Part shown: piece after piece, positions 1 through 12,900 of the stretch
Layout: every line of letters starts with the position of its first letter
Position numbering within the stretch: position 1 is the stretch's first letter
Assembly (NCBI GenBank): GCA_964036045.1
Contig: OZ038378.1
Location: forward strand, 4,650,001 to 4,714,000
Reading direction: 5' to 3'
DNA length: 64,000 bases
Source: Eutreptiella sp. 'Long Island Sound 2002'
Lineage: Eukaryota; Protista; Euglenida
Notes under the pieces: model-generated
The model's input: only the letters and a program-made list of their open reading frames with translations
What the model was told of the DNA's origin: nothing
Database searches by the model: none
Made by a program: the position numbers and the translations under genes

Positions 1-1520
1 AATGGTCTTGAAATTTTCCATTTTTGAGCTGTAGAGGGTGGAAAACCGCTTAATCAGTTTGTGCGCACACTAAGTGCCACCGAACCACCTACAAACAGCA
101 ATTTTGAGGATTTTGGGGGCCCATGGCTCGGGCTACATGGGCCCAGCGGCCACTACGTGGGTCCCTATGGGTGCTCAAGTACCCGTGTTGTCACCAAATG
201 ATCACCCAAACCCATCCCAGGGGCGACAAAAGGGTTTCGGAAAAAGTGGCATTTTGAAATCTTTTTAGGTGTACTAAAGAGCCTACACAATAGCAATTTT
301 GGGTACGACTCCTTTTATCGTCCTTCGGCCTATGTACATGGGAAGAGGAGCGGAGGGTGGGGGCCGATCAGAGTTCAGGCACCCCCCTCCTCCATACAGG
401 CTCCCCTCCTATGGAGTACGGCGGCCGAAAGGGACGAGCTAGTCGGGACTAGGTCTCTTCCATGCTCGCCCTCCTAAGGAGCCGACTGGTGTGCCCTCCA
501 CTAGTCATCGCCCTCTCTGATCACCCAAAACCATCCTAGGGGCATTGGAAGGGTTTCAGAAAAATTCAAAATTTGAAATTTTTCAAGTGTCACCAAACAG
601 CCTACGCAGCCGCTTTTGGAGGGCCCATGGCTCAGGCTACATGGGCCTAGCGGTCCCCATGGGTGCTCAAGTACCCGTATTGTCACCAAATGATCACCAA
701 GACCCATCCTAGGGCCAACAAACACGTTTAAAAAAAGTCAAATTTTGAAAAAATTTTCAGCTGCCACTGAACAGCCAAACTAGTGTGAAACGGCTAAGTC
801 CTCGCGGGGGGGGGGGGGGGGCGAGGGCCTAGGCGTACCCGGAGTTGGGAACCGGGACCCCCGCCATGGGTCAAGGGGTCCATATACAAGAAAAAACTTC
901 TTCGGGACCTAGGTGTGAATCCACACACAACAACCGCAATACGCAAAGAAGTTTTGACACCCCCCCCACACATCCCAAAATAGCGGTACCCGGGTACCAA
1001 GGGGGGGCGGGGAAGGGGGGTCAAAATCAAAAAATTCATTACGGGACCATTTTGTCTCCCAAAATGATGATTTTACAAGGGGTTATACATCCAGTACCAT
1101 ACCTTGGGGTATCCTACGCGAATGACCCCAAAAGGGGGGGGGGTATATGGTGTCCAGGGCAGTCCTTAACGAAGAAGAAAAAAAGAAGTGGTCCTGCACC
1201 CAGGTTTCCCAAAAATGCCCACGGGCACACCATGTGTGGGCGGTTGGCGGTTGGCGGTTGGGGATTGGCGGTTGATGGCGGTTGGTGGCGGCGGCAGTTG
1301 GTGGTTGGGGATTGGTAGTTGATGGGGGTTAGCAGTGGTTGGCGGTTGGCGGTTGGCGGTTGGTGGCGGTTGGCGGTTGGTGGTGGTTGGTGGTTGGCGG
1401 TTGATGGTCCCTTGGGGCGGTCCTTAAGGGCGGTCCTTAACAAAAAAAAAATCTCGGTCCCAAAGGACCGCCCTGATGGCGTCCGCGCCTACGCTTGATC
1501 TAACAACCCTCTTCGAGGTG
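1..1520. repeat. Copy of the CACCTCGAAGAG-family repeat (left end outside the window), interrupted by two insertions
   Basis: Subrepeat units at ~74-300 and ~520-790 and block 797-1154 match 43700-44470. Confidence 0.7.
1155..1475. mobile_element. hAT-like MITE with internal GGCGGTT/GGTGGTT satellite
   Basis: 13-bp TIR CAGGGCAGTCCTT / AAGGACCGCCCTG; 8-bp TSD ATGGTGTC / ATGGCGTC. Confidence 0.8.
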
Positions 1521-2988
1521 ATTTTGTGTTTTTAGGGTGGTAGGGATGCAGTGTCCTCAGGGGTTAGCATAAAACAACAGAAGCCTCCACTCTACCTCCT
1601 CACCAACGGTAGGAAACGCAGTTATTGGCCTAATTGGCTGCCAAAGCCGCCATCCAGTGGGTGGACTTCACCATGTTTCATCTTGGTGAGAGGGGTTCCC
1701 AATTCCATCATGATTCGGGCATCGGCCCAAACCCCACAAGAGATGCACCTCAACCAGCGGAAATTGCCAAGAAAATCATTCATCAGACGAATTTTGAACA
1801 CGTCCTCCTCTTATTTCGGTTGGCAGAGGACATCCTTCAGCTCCCTACCATGAGAGTGCAAAGTGTACATATGGTGAGGTGCAGAAAAAAGCACAAGGGA
1901 AAGGAAAATGTTGTCTCAGACATCGAAAACACACGTATTGCGCACACTGCACGTGCATTTCTCTGTTAACATACTTTTGCCACACGTCCTAGGGTCATCG
2001 GCAATGCCATCCAGGCCACGGGGGAGGCATTTTAGTAAGGGGGCAAACAAGTGCAAGGGCTGCGGCAGCAACTTAGTTAGAGGAATAATTGTAGGCAGAC
2101 CACCCGAGAGGCAAAGCGGAAGACGGAAGACAGGCAAGAGATGTGCTGCAACCACAACACAACCACAACTCAGATGGCTTTTCACACTGCCCGTCACTGA
2201 TGGGGTGTGTTGTCTGAAGGCTGATGGGGCACGTCAAAGACCCCTGGGCCTTTCCAGCTTGGGCGCAATTCGTTGTTGGGCCGCCACCACAACCCCCCCC
2301 CCCCCCAGATGGGCATTTACGAACAGAAGTGTGGTGTGGCATAGCTCACTGTTCTTTTTTGCATGGTCAGACCCCAGGTCCAGCGGAAATTTGGAGAATC
2401 CCACTAGCAAAATCTCACATTTTGAGATGGTGGGAGGTAGCGAAAGCACAACACATATTTGTAAATTCCGGATCGATATAACAGCCCCCCACCCCACCCC
2501 CAAGATGACAAAATGACGAAATGACAGCACGGTTGGCTAGTGGAGCTGACTCTCGGGACACAGACACCCTCAAACCTGACCCCACCCCTACCCTGAGATT
2601 TACATCAATCTTATATCTGCACAACAAACAATTTTAAATCAACAGCCTCTCTTCACTTCTTTGTATCGGTCTTCCAACGCCTCCAAGTTTGGCTTGGAAG
2701 CGATCTGGCCAAGGACGCCAAATCCCTTCGGTGAGATATGCAACAGCTCCTATTTCCTTATCACAGAACCCACACCCGAACCCTCCTTCCATTCTCCCTT
2801 ATCTTTGACGCATTGTGCTCGTGGGCCTCTGTGCCCATCAAGTAAAGGGAAGGCCAGTCTGACAGGAAAGACCAATTGGGAGCTTGCAGGAAACTGCTGG
2901 GTCAGTAAAGGCCCCCTTGTGTCGGCCCCGAGGGCACGGCGCGTGGGCGCAATGACAGTCAGCGCAGCTTTGTGGCTGCCCCCTTGGG

Positions 2989-5900
2989 CTATGTCTCTTT
3001 GAGCCTCTTCTCACTCTTGGGGCGCTTTCCGGTATCCCTCGGCCCCTTGTTGACGTCCCTGGCTCCAGGGCCCCGGAAATTCCGCATGGCCTCATTCGCT
3101 CCGCCGACCCACACCAACAGCGCATCCAAGAGCTCGACTGGCAATAACTCCAGCAGGGGCAGGGCCCACAGCATGCGCGGGAGCACCACCCTGTCATGGT
3201 TGTACTCCACGGCCCGTACGACCGCCTCCGCCACGGCATCCGTCGTCAGGGGAGGCATGAGCCATTGCATGGAAAAGCGGCATCCTGTGAGACGACAACG
3301 GGTGTGGCCTGAAGACAGCATCCACGGCCCAGTGGCAGTGTCAGGGTCCACAAGAGCACAGAGGGGCGGGCCTCAGAACCCCGTCATGTCAGCGGGCATC
3401 TGAGACCCTATCAGGCATACAAACTCATGCTGCCTCTGGTGAAGGATTGTGCAGGGGTTGCCAGGGGCCATCTTTCATGTCGGGTCAGCAGGTGGCATTT
3501 TTGGGCTGTCCAAAGGCGGGGGCTGTTCCGTCGGTCGGGGCGGGCGAAAAGGAGCTCAGGAGTGCACAGGCAGGCAACAACGCTGTACATGTTTTGAAAT
3601 GCTGCTGGAGTGACTGTGACAGTCTGCTTCTTCGAGCAATACTCACACGTCTGTAGACATCCGTATGTCTGACTGGACGCTCACAAAATAAAAGGACTGC
3701 AAAGACAGAGGCAGCAGCCCCAGTGTAAAGAGTTGACTCTCTCTTTCCCCCACCCCGCCCTGTGCACGGAACCTTCGTTCCTTCGGAACATCAGAACCAA
3801 AAAAGCCTAGGAGGTCCTGAGGGTAGTCAGCCTTGGGGACAGGGGGGCCTCCAAATCACCGCACTATTTTGGGGGATCTGCTCTCCTCTGCAGGTGTACT
3901 GGGCCAGTGGGGGGGTCGCCAGACCCGGTTTGCACATGAATCCCTGCCCCCCATGACTGATTATCTTGAGAGACTCAAGGGGGTGGGGGGCATAAATACT
4001 GAATAGGTGTGCTGGTTGGTACTTCCGGGTGTACGCAATCTGTTGGGGAAAGGGGGAAGGCTTGTTCAAATATAGACAAGAACTTTTGGGGGTCTGGGGT
4101 GGGGGCGCCCAGGGGGATTGTGTGGGGGAGGGGGGGGGGGTTCTCCAGGGGGCATGAAGGGGGGGGGCGGGGGTCAGGCACCTCCGAACACTTGGGCAGG
4201 CAGCCCAGGTGGCCTGAATCAGCACTGCCCTTAACTAAAAGACATTGGTGACATAGCGAAATGCAGTGCCACATTGACAAGCATACTCAGTGTGCCCCAC
4301 TTGCTTCGGTTTCGTGGAAGGAATGAGAAAGAGCGCACTGGATATTATGAAACATGAGCAAGCGGAATGCAAAAAAAAAAAAACGAAGGGGGAAGAACAG
4401 GTGAGGACATGTATTAGCTGATACCGGAGGAGAGGGAAGTGTTTCTTCAACTACGCAAACTCTGCACTCCTCCTGAAATCCCCAATGTACTCTGAGCATT
4501 TGGAGTGTACACACATGGGGTGGAAAAACATGTTCACCGCATGCCGTGTGCCCGGAACAACTTCTTCGGGCCTACAGCGCCAGCATTTCCCCCCAAAATC
4601 TCAAATGGCAGAGAGGCGGGTACGAGAACTTTTGAGGGTCTGAAGGGCCCCACTTGATTTGGGGTTCCAGAAGGAAATCGTCGGCATTGTTTGTCTCATT
4701 GTCTGAAGCAGCTGGGGACAAGAACGTAGAGCAGGGCAGCTGTCCTTTGCTCAGAGGGACAGCCTCCAGCCCTCGACTTCCCTCCCATGCCTGCGTCGCA
4801 ATGCATCACACGTAGACTTTGGGGGGGCGTTGTGGATGAAAGATGTCCCAGGGGTTCATGAAGTCTGGTCGGTGATGGTTTGGTACAACGGGTGTCTAGT
4901 GGCATGTCTTTTCTCGGAAATGCTTGTTGATTGATTCTGCGGGAGTGTGTGAGCTCTGGGGGGGGGGGGTGTGTGTGTCCATGCATGGGGGAGGGTGGGT
5001 TGCAGTCTGGTACGTGAGAGTGGAGTGTCTGCCCCAGTGCCCACAACGGTGGCATCCCTGCCAGCCCTGGGCCCTGGGGGGTGGCACACCCGATTCAATA
5101 TGGTCACCCCCCCGTCGCGCTGATCAGTTGTGTCATGTGTATTGGGGCTGCAAAGTTCAGCTGCGCAGCCCAATCCACAGGTCAGGCCAATGTTGGTTAT
5201 GGCCGAGGCAATATCTTCCGAAAGTCCACAGCGTTGTGGGGCGGGGGGGGGAGGGGGTGGGGTCGCGCATATTGACCGAGCCTCCGGACCCCCCGGGGTA
5301 CCGGGCGACCTCTTCCTGCGCTGCGGGCGACGGTTACTGTCCCTGGCCTCTGGAACGCGCACCTGCTGCGGGCACACCTTTGAACATATCGGTCTGAAGG
5401 GCGTAGGGACACACCGCCGTTGTCCGAACTCCGTGTTTGCCTTGTCTCTTGAGCTCCAACCGGAAACAATGGTGCCACGCCAGAACCGCTGAAGAACGAA
5501 TCGTGCGACAACGTGCGGAGAGGGTGTGCGTGGGCCGTGCGTGGGCCGTGCAAACCGTCAGGGGGAGGAACGGGCAATTACGTGGCGGCGAGCCTCATCC
5601 GCACCCGAAAACCCCGTTCAGCGTGCAGTCATGGAAGGCTGCAGCTTCGGGGGAGTACATGCGCCGCGTGCGCACCGAGCCCATCTGCTGACGTGACTAT
5701 CACGTGCACCAGTACCCAGCAACCAAATATGCACAGGGCACGAAGCGTGGGGCGGGTTGCGTCGGGCTTCGGCCACATGTGGGGTGGCGTCGAGGCTAAC
5801 CCCTTGTCTCGGATTGCATGCAGGCAACCTGCCTTGCTGGCACAGTAGCTGGACAGGTTACACGCGTAGGCACGTGCCATCACGGAGGAGACTGCAACAA

Positions 5901-8531
5901 CGTGGCCCTTATTGCGCTGTAGCATGGGAGGCACGAACTCCTTCACGGTGTACGTGGCACCCAGGAAATTGACAGCCAAAACCTCAGCGATTGACGAAGC
6001 CTCCTCATCCAATGCACTGCGGCCCTGCATCATGAGGCGCGCGGGCACGTCAGAGACTGGGAGTGGGCCATGGGACGGCAGGACCACGCTGGTGAAGTGG
6101 ACAGGGTGCCAATTCCGCCCTTCCGTTTCACAATCTCTCACAAGTTGGTCTGTGCGTAAACCACGGTTTTGCCCACCAACCATCCCCCTGGCGCATCCGC
6201 ACCACGGAGTCCAAGCACTGCACCCCACAAGGTCACGCGGCACAGTGGCTCGGGCCTTTGCAGCAGCAGCACATGCAAATGAGGCGGCCGCACATTGCCC
6301 GGACACCTCGTGCGACTCTGGGAGGCGACATGGATTTCGAATGGGGAGCAAGGGTCTGATAGGGAAAGAGAAGACGTGGGGGTGGGGGCGCAGTGGCCTT
6401 TGGTTTTTCTTCCTTTTCAGGATTCGTGATGAGCCTCACAGTGGGTGCTGTCAAAGCACAAGGGGTCTGGCGAACCGGTCCTGGACGACACAGCGCCCCG
6501 CTGTCGTTGGCGGTTAACTGTCCTTTGCATTCCTTACGTCGCCTCGTATGGCCCTGAGGGATCCCCATTCTCCCATTTGTTTCGGCCTTCTCTCTCGTTT
6601 TCCCATCGGACCCGGTTCAGCGGCAGGAGAATGTGTGCACATGGGCACACCATCGACGGGAGGACGATTGCGACGGGGAGCATTGCGGCACCTCTGGAAA
6701 TCCCAAAGCATTAGAGAACTATACCACATGTTCACTCAACGGGGCCCGAACAGCAGTAGCATGACGACCCCTAGGTCCCCTTGTTACAGGAGTGCCAGGA
6801 GCCAGCCTTCACACTGTCAACGATTCCCCCTCGTATCTGATTCAAACCGCCACTTGGGCTGGACATGGCTCGTCTTAATTGTTGGCATTTACTGCCATGC
6901 TGTCGCTCTCACACGTCAGTAGGCTGGGGCACAGCCTCGACACTTCCGTCATGGGCAAATGCTGGCACCTGTACCCCTGTACCTCAATGCTGTTCACATG
7001 ACACCACATGGCAACAACCATCAAGCCTCAAAATAGACCATCCTGTACGAGGGCACCATACGCCCGTCCGTCTGGCTCGTGGGGTGGGGCTGTCGGAGGG
7101 TTGGGGACTCCAAAGCAGCTCAACGAGCAGCACAGTACCATCTCAACACACGTGCGTCGGTAGGTCAAGAAGCGTAAGCGGGCCAAGAGCCGCGGCTTGA
7201 CACGAAGTCACTGAGGAAGCATCCGGAGCCCGGGCACTCTGCCTCTACCGCTACCTCTACCATGCACTACCCCTGTCCAAGCACCGCCAAACAGGTGGGC
7301 AAAGCAGAGATGACAAAAGGCGACCCACAGCGGTTCACTGGTGCACCACATGCGCAAGGTGCGGGGGCACGCAACAGCCTCGGCCCATCACCTGTCTCCT
7401 CCAAACCTGCGAAGGGATGCAACAAGGGGAGGGCACACACCGAAACAATCCCTGCGTTGTTTACAAGGATGTCCACAGTGTGCTTCGTCATCGTCTCCCT
7501 GGCAGCTTCACGCACACACTTTTCGTCGGACACATCGACTACGTAGCCATACGCTTCACACGGCATTTCTTTCGCTGCGAGGAGTCCCAAATGTACAGGT
7601 GTCGGGCAGGAAAGGCAGACCAGCCAGTAAATCTCGGCCCATGCAGACCAAGGGGAAACAGTGAAGTGCACAGGCTGGAGGTTGTTGGACCCCCCCCCCT
7701 CCCCCAAAGGGATCAGGGGCGAACCCCCTCCAAAGCGCCAAAGAGACAGGGAAGCAGCTGTGGCAAGCCCCCCCCCCCCCCCCCAACACACACACAGTAT
7801 CATAATTGAACTGAGTCAGTCTCGCATGAGGGCAGGCGATGAGGGCCCTTTGGTTGGAGCTTCAGTTGTGAGTGTGCCCTATGCCCGGCTGATGGACCTA
7901 GAAGCACGATTAGCCATGGAGCAATCCAATCCTGTGACAAACTGCGAGGGTCACCTGAAATGCAGCAAAGTGGCAGTTCCGTTCTGCTGCTGAGCATGTA
8001 CTATTGAAACAACCGGCGCCGCACTGCATCTTAGACCCTAAATCCCGCTTCCCTCCAAGCCTACACCCAGGCCAGATCTGAATGGGTCACCCCTGCGCAG
8101 TACCACCTGGTCTTCTCGAGCATCCGCCCCACCCTTGCCTCTGCCTGTCCCGGCTCGCACGATGCCTGAGATCACCGAAGCCAGCTGAATGGGTGACAAT
8201 TGGGGGGAGACCGGGGGGGGAGGGGGGCACTCGCACGTTGCCATGGGCCTCAGCCTCCTCCACCCGTACCTGCTGTCCCAGCACCCACCAACAGGCCTGT
8301 GGAAGGCCATGCACCAAACACACCTACGTGCAGCACGTTCGGGTTGATATCCCACATAATCACAACACAACCCCGTTCGGCGAACTTAAGAGCAAGTTCT
8401 TGGCCCAAGCCCTGTGCACCACCTGTGATCAATACCGTCCAGCCTTTGAGATCTTTCTTGGGTCGGGATACGGCGCACAGCAGCGCAATTGAGATGGCAA
8501 CCCCAAAGCAGACCAGCAGCAGAAGTAACAT
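2989..8531 (-). CDS. Short-chain dehydrogenase/reductase, SDR16C (retinol DH / 17-beta-HSD11-like), ~330 aa, 6 exons: 8531-8328, 8184-8133 (least certain), 7574-7441, 6024-5829, 5488-5378, 3284-2989
   Basis: Hydrophobic N-terminus, TGGAQGLG cofactor motif, DILVNNAG, catalytic YCASK, VRTTAVCP...MFKG; all junctions GT-AG and phase-compatible, giving 993 nt in one frame. Confidence 0.9.
3991..4030. repeat. Dispersed repeat shared with 22301-22340
   Basis: CATAAA(T/C)ACTGAA...GCTGGTTGGTACTTCCGGGT at both sites. Confidence 0.7.
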
Positions 8532-8734
8532 GAGTGCTTTGTTGTGCTCTGCGCAACATGAGCAAGATGCTGCTGGTTGGGTGGTACGTGACGGTGTTTG
8601 GAGGGAGACTGACAAGAGTTGATACTGGCACAGCGGTTTTTGAGGCCAGCCACTCGGGCGCCGTTCGGCGGCCCGGTCGGCGCACACCATCGCCGCTGCA
8701 CTGCATCCATCGTCCATGGCTCGGTGTACCACTT

Positions 8735-9070
8735 TTTTGGAATTATTGCAAACATTCAAAAGCACATTTCAGTAGGATTCCCACATTGTGGCACACTTTT
8801 GCCAGCCTCCTTGCCGGCGCCCCAGGAGCAATGGAGCTACGAAAAAATGCAACCTGGACTTTTTGGGAGAGGTCACGATTGGCATGCCTTGCAAAGAATA
8901 GAATCATGGCTTCCACAAGCGGGGTAACACTTTTTCAGAATTATTCAAACATTCCAATAAAATTCCATATTTCAGTGTGATTCCACATTGTGCCAGCCTC
9001 CCTACCGAGCAACCGATGAACACTGGGGCTCCAAGCTGGGCTTTTTACGAGAGGTCACAATTGCCATGTC
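8735..9070. repeat. Degenerate tandem duplication (~200-bp period) upstream of the SDR gene
   Basis: GAATTATT.CAAACATTC..ATTTCAGT..GATTCC.ACATTGTG..GCCAGCCTCC..GAGAGGTCAC occurs twice. Confidence 0.65.
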
Positions 9071-9544
9071 AACCACCACCCGTGCTTTCATTAGGCCCGC
9101 TCTCCCTCACCCTCAGCTACTACCCTGTGTCCCTTGACACACGCAGCCTTAATCCCTGCCTTTGATGTGCTGCCGCACGCAACGGTGCCCACCACTTGGC
9201 ATGGGCACGCCGCCCCTGTTCCCTGCATCTACTTGCTCCCCCAGACAGGTGCTGAGGTGCTGTGTGTGCCTGACTCATTGGAGATTTTGCAACGTGCGAT
9301 GCAGTGTTATCCAACTGCTCATAATTCATCCAAACCTAGCCGGACACCAAGGAACGGCTCTGGGTTTGCTGGATGGGCTGCTAATCAAGAGCATTCTAAC
9401 TAATAGGTCAGGAACCATATATTGCATCGTGGAGATGCATCCATGCAAGCTGTGCAGTGGCACGTTCAGGAGGCAATATATAGAAGGCCAAGACCTAGAG
9501 CGAGTACACCAGTAACCCCCCCCCCCCCAACTCTCCAGCGGCTC

Positions 9545-9931
9545 TCACTTTCGATCGCCTCTGACGGGAACGGGGCATTCTTTGCATGGGGGAACAAACA
9601 AAAACAAGGGTGGGTGTGCGGCTATTGTCTTCACTATCACCGCAACTGTGGCGGTTGGGTACCAACCCATGCCACATTGCGCCAGCCAAAGGCCTCTTGA
9701 AGCTGCATTGTTCGCAATCTCCGTTCTACAGGATTCTCCCTTCAAAACCGTGCTTTCGAGCTCCAAGAGGAGGAGCTGACCCCAGCCATGCCTCCGATAG
9801 GAAGTACCAACAGCCAACCACGAAAGCAAGTTTTGCTCTTGAAATCGTTGTGGGAATGGCACATTCGAATGCAACTGGTAGCCAACTACTGCTATGATCT
9901 TCTTTCCAATCTCAATTCCTACACAAAAAGG
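9545..9931 (-). pseudogene. GNAT acetyltransferase-like fragment in a decayed intronless ORF
   Basis: FCVGIEIGKKIIAVVGY ... LSWLAVGTSYRRHGWGQLLLLELE (motif A) ... NNAASRGLW; stops and frameshifts upstream. Confidence 0.6.
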
Positions 9932-12900
9932 TTACGGTATGCATGTGGTATAACATGCTACCCATTGCATTTTGGTAATAGTGCCTTCACCACACATGAC
10001 AAGTATTCATCCATTGACACATTGTACACATCCACACCATAAATATGCATCAACTCACCGGAAGGGCGCCAAACATCGACGTGCAGAACTACGCATCTAC
10101 ACATGCAATGGTTCATCAATGTATAATTGTATCTTGAGATTTGTGTTTTGGGAGCTGATCTTGGCGAGCATCCTCAAAGCTTTCAAACATGAATTCCTTC
10201 AATGCTTTCCATCTGTTGTCTTGCGTGGTGCACCTAAAAGGAAAAGAGAGCAAAATGCAGGTTGCGGGTGTGTGCAAACACACACCGCGTGGATTGTTGA
10301 AGATCTCTAAAATCGAGTAGATCTTGCATGCAACGGCACACCGCGTTGAATGTGATGGCGTTTTGATTTCGACAATCTTGTGTTTCAAGCTCTTTCGAGC
10401 CCATTTCACGTGGTATTGCCGGGACAACAAGCACCATAGCTTCGGTGCTTGCATGTCAAATACATCTACAAAGCCAAAAGCATGCAACCGCACAAGAGAA
10501 GACAACGGAGAGACAGAAAGCTAGACACTATCAGCGATGCATGATTGAGGACAAATGAACAAAGCAATGCCAAAGATTGTATTTGTCATCAATGCAAACA
10601 ACTATAGCTAGTAGCGCACATACCTGATGTGGTATACCCCAAATTCTTGCAAGTGTTGAAACCGATGGTTTCCAATAAAGGTTGAAAGTCGGTTTGGCAA
10701 TTGGCTTGTTGTGCACTTATGCAGCGCACCGTTGTGTCCTCAAAGATCAGGGCACATGCAGAATTGGGGTGATGATTGCCAAATGCCACCACTGTTGCAG
10801 TGTCGTCTTCACATCCTAGCACTAGTTCCATCAGGTTCTGAGTATTGGGGCCCATCCATTGATTCGTTCCGGCAAGTATGCGAAGGTGCCTGTAAAGAGA
10901 GGTAGTGGGCACGCACGTGTTGTGAGACAAGCTCCCAAGATTGCGGTCCGAACCCCTAGTCGGTCGACTGTCGTCAGCGGCACCGCTGCCATGTCCGCCC
11001 AACCGGGGTTGGAACCGCCGACCAAAAGTCTGCGGTCAGCTGCATTACCATTCGGCCACTGCTTGCCGTGAGCCAAATGTTCTCCGCACTACTTGGGGCC
11101 GCGTCTACTACTGACAAAAAACCCAAACTGTGTGTTTCTGTCTGACTCACTGCTAGCCTGGCTAACTGACTGATTGGCTGACTGTCAGCCTCTCTTCGAG
11201 GTGCGCTGCCGAAGGCAATAGAATTGTGACCAATGTTGGCCTCCTTTAAAGAGTGGCATTCTTCAAACAAGTACCTAGTGTGAAAAGCCGAGAAATGCTC
11301 TGTACCTGGTGAACAATTCCAGAAATGTGAGGGCCATTTAGCTTGAGCGTCGTATTGGGCAAAATAATGATTTTACAAGGGGTTGGACATCAAATATCAT
11401 GCCTTGGGGTATGCTACGCGAATGACCCCAAAAAGGGGAGGGGGGGTATACGACACCGGCGCCTGCGCTTGATCTAACAACCTCTCTTCGAGGTGATTTT
11501 CATTTTCAAAGACCAAATTATCTTGTCACCATGCGATCCATCCCATAGATGGCGGTGATTGATAAGACGAATAGATGTTGCCTGACAGCCATCCCACACA
11601 CGTGCAAGCATGCATGCATGAGGAAACCAGCAATTATTTCCCTCCACAGTCTTTTCAATATATTCTTGCAATGCCTTGACAATATCTCCTTTGGGTGATG
11701 ACCTACATCAAAATAATGCAAATGCATGGTTCCCATATTCTTCACATACCGAACCATCGTGCTTACAATTCGGGAGCAGGATGCCATCTTTGTGGCTCAC
11801 TCCTCATGATACGCCACTTATCTGAGGGGATGTATGCATGGAAATAAATTGCACACTTTACACAGCTTCATAAGTGCCAGCCAACTGCTTTGCAACTGCT
11901 ATGCTTGTTCCTAGCGATGTGCCACGTCAAGTTGGGCCACGTCAACATCTCGATCTCAGGCAAGATGCAAAGGTGGTCTAGCACAAATGTCTCCCACATG
12001 CCATAGCGGCGGAACCGTTTACTTGGACTGATATGTCCGACACGTAAACATGCAGCGGGAAGGCTTGCCACGTGCTATTGCACATTTCCAATGTCATTTG
12101 TGGAACGCCATGAGGTGCTCTCGGGGACTCCAATGCCAATGTATTTCTTTTCCCATGCAAGGCGTATGTGACAGCCCTTGCAGATGCACCGACAGCCTCG
12201 GCCAAGCAGTGATTGGGGCCTTGATGGTCCCCATAAAGACAGGTCTCCACCCCCCCCCAAAAAAAACGTGCGAGTGCAGCGTAACCGACCTCAAGGCTCA
12301 GCAGACTACGATCCTCAACTCAGTCCTCAGCCATGTGATCCAGGTCCCGGGGTGGGCAGGCTTTGTCACCAGGGGGAGAGGGTCAACCCCTCTGGCTAGA
12401 GCCCCCCCCCCCCCCCCAAAAGGGCTCAATTGACGGGCCCCCGAAAATCCTATCAAACTGACCCCTGCGGGCCCTGGAGGTGACCCGGACTCGACATTCG
12501 GCAAAAAAAAAAAAAGAAGAAGAAGAAGATGGTAGCTTTGGAAGCAGCGCGTCGAGTGGGTTCAGAAAAATCATCATTTGCCATGCATTTGGTGGAAAAG
12601 AAAACGACCAATGTTTTCAATGCTCGAAAAAAACTTTGGCGCCTTTGGTGCCAGAATAGCAACTGATTAATGGTCTTGCCAATTCAGCCCTTTTCCCGAA
12701 CCCCCCAGTTTTCGGGGGCTGTATCGACCCCCCCAGCCCACTGGAGGTGAAAACCCGACTTCCCCTGGCACATCTGACATCAATGTCATATGCGCAAACA
12801 CGGCATACTATATCCATGCATGACAGAGGGCGGGGACTTGAGCTTGTGTAGGATAGACCCTGGGACGCCTTTGACCATCGCAATCGACCACCCCAAAAAA

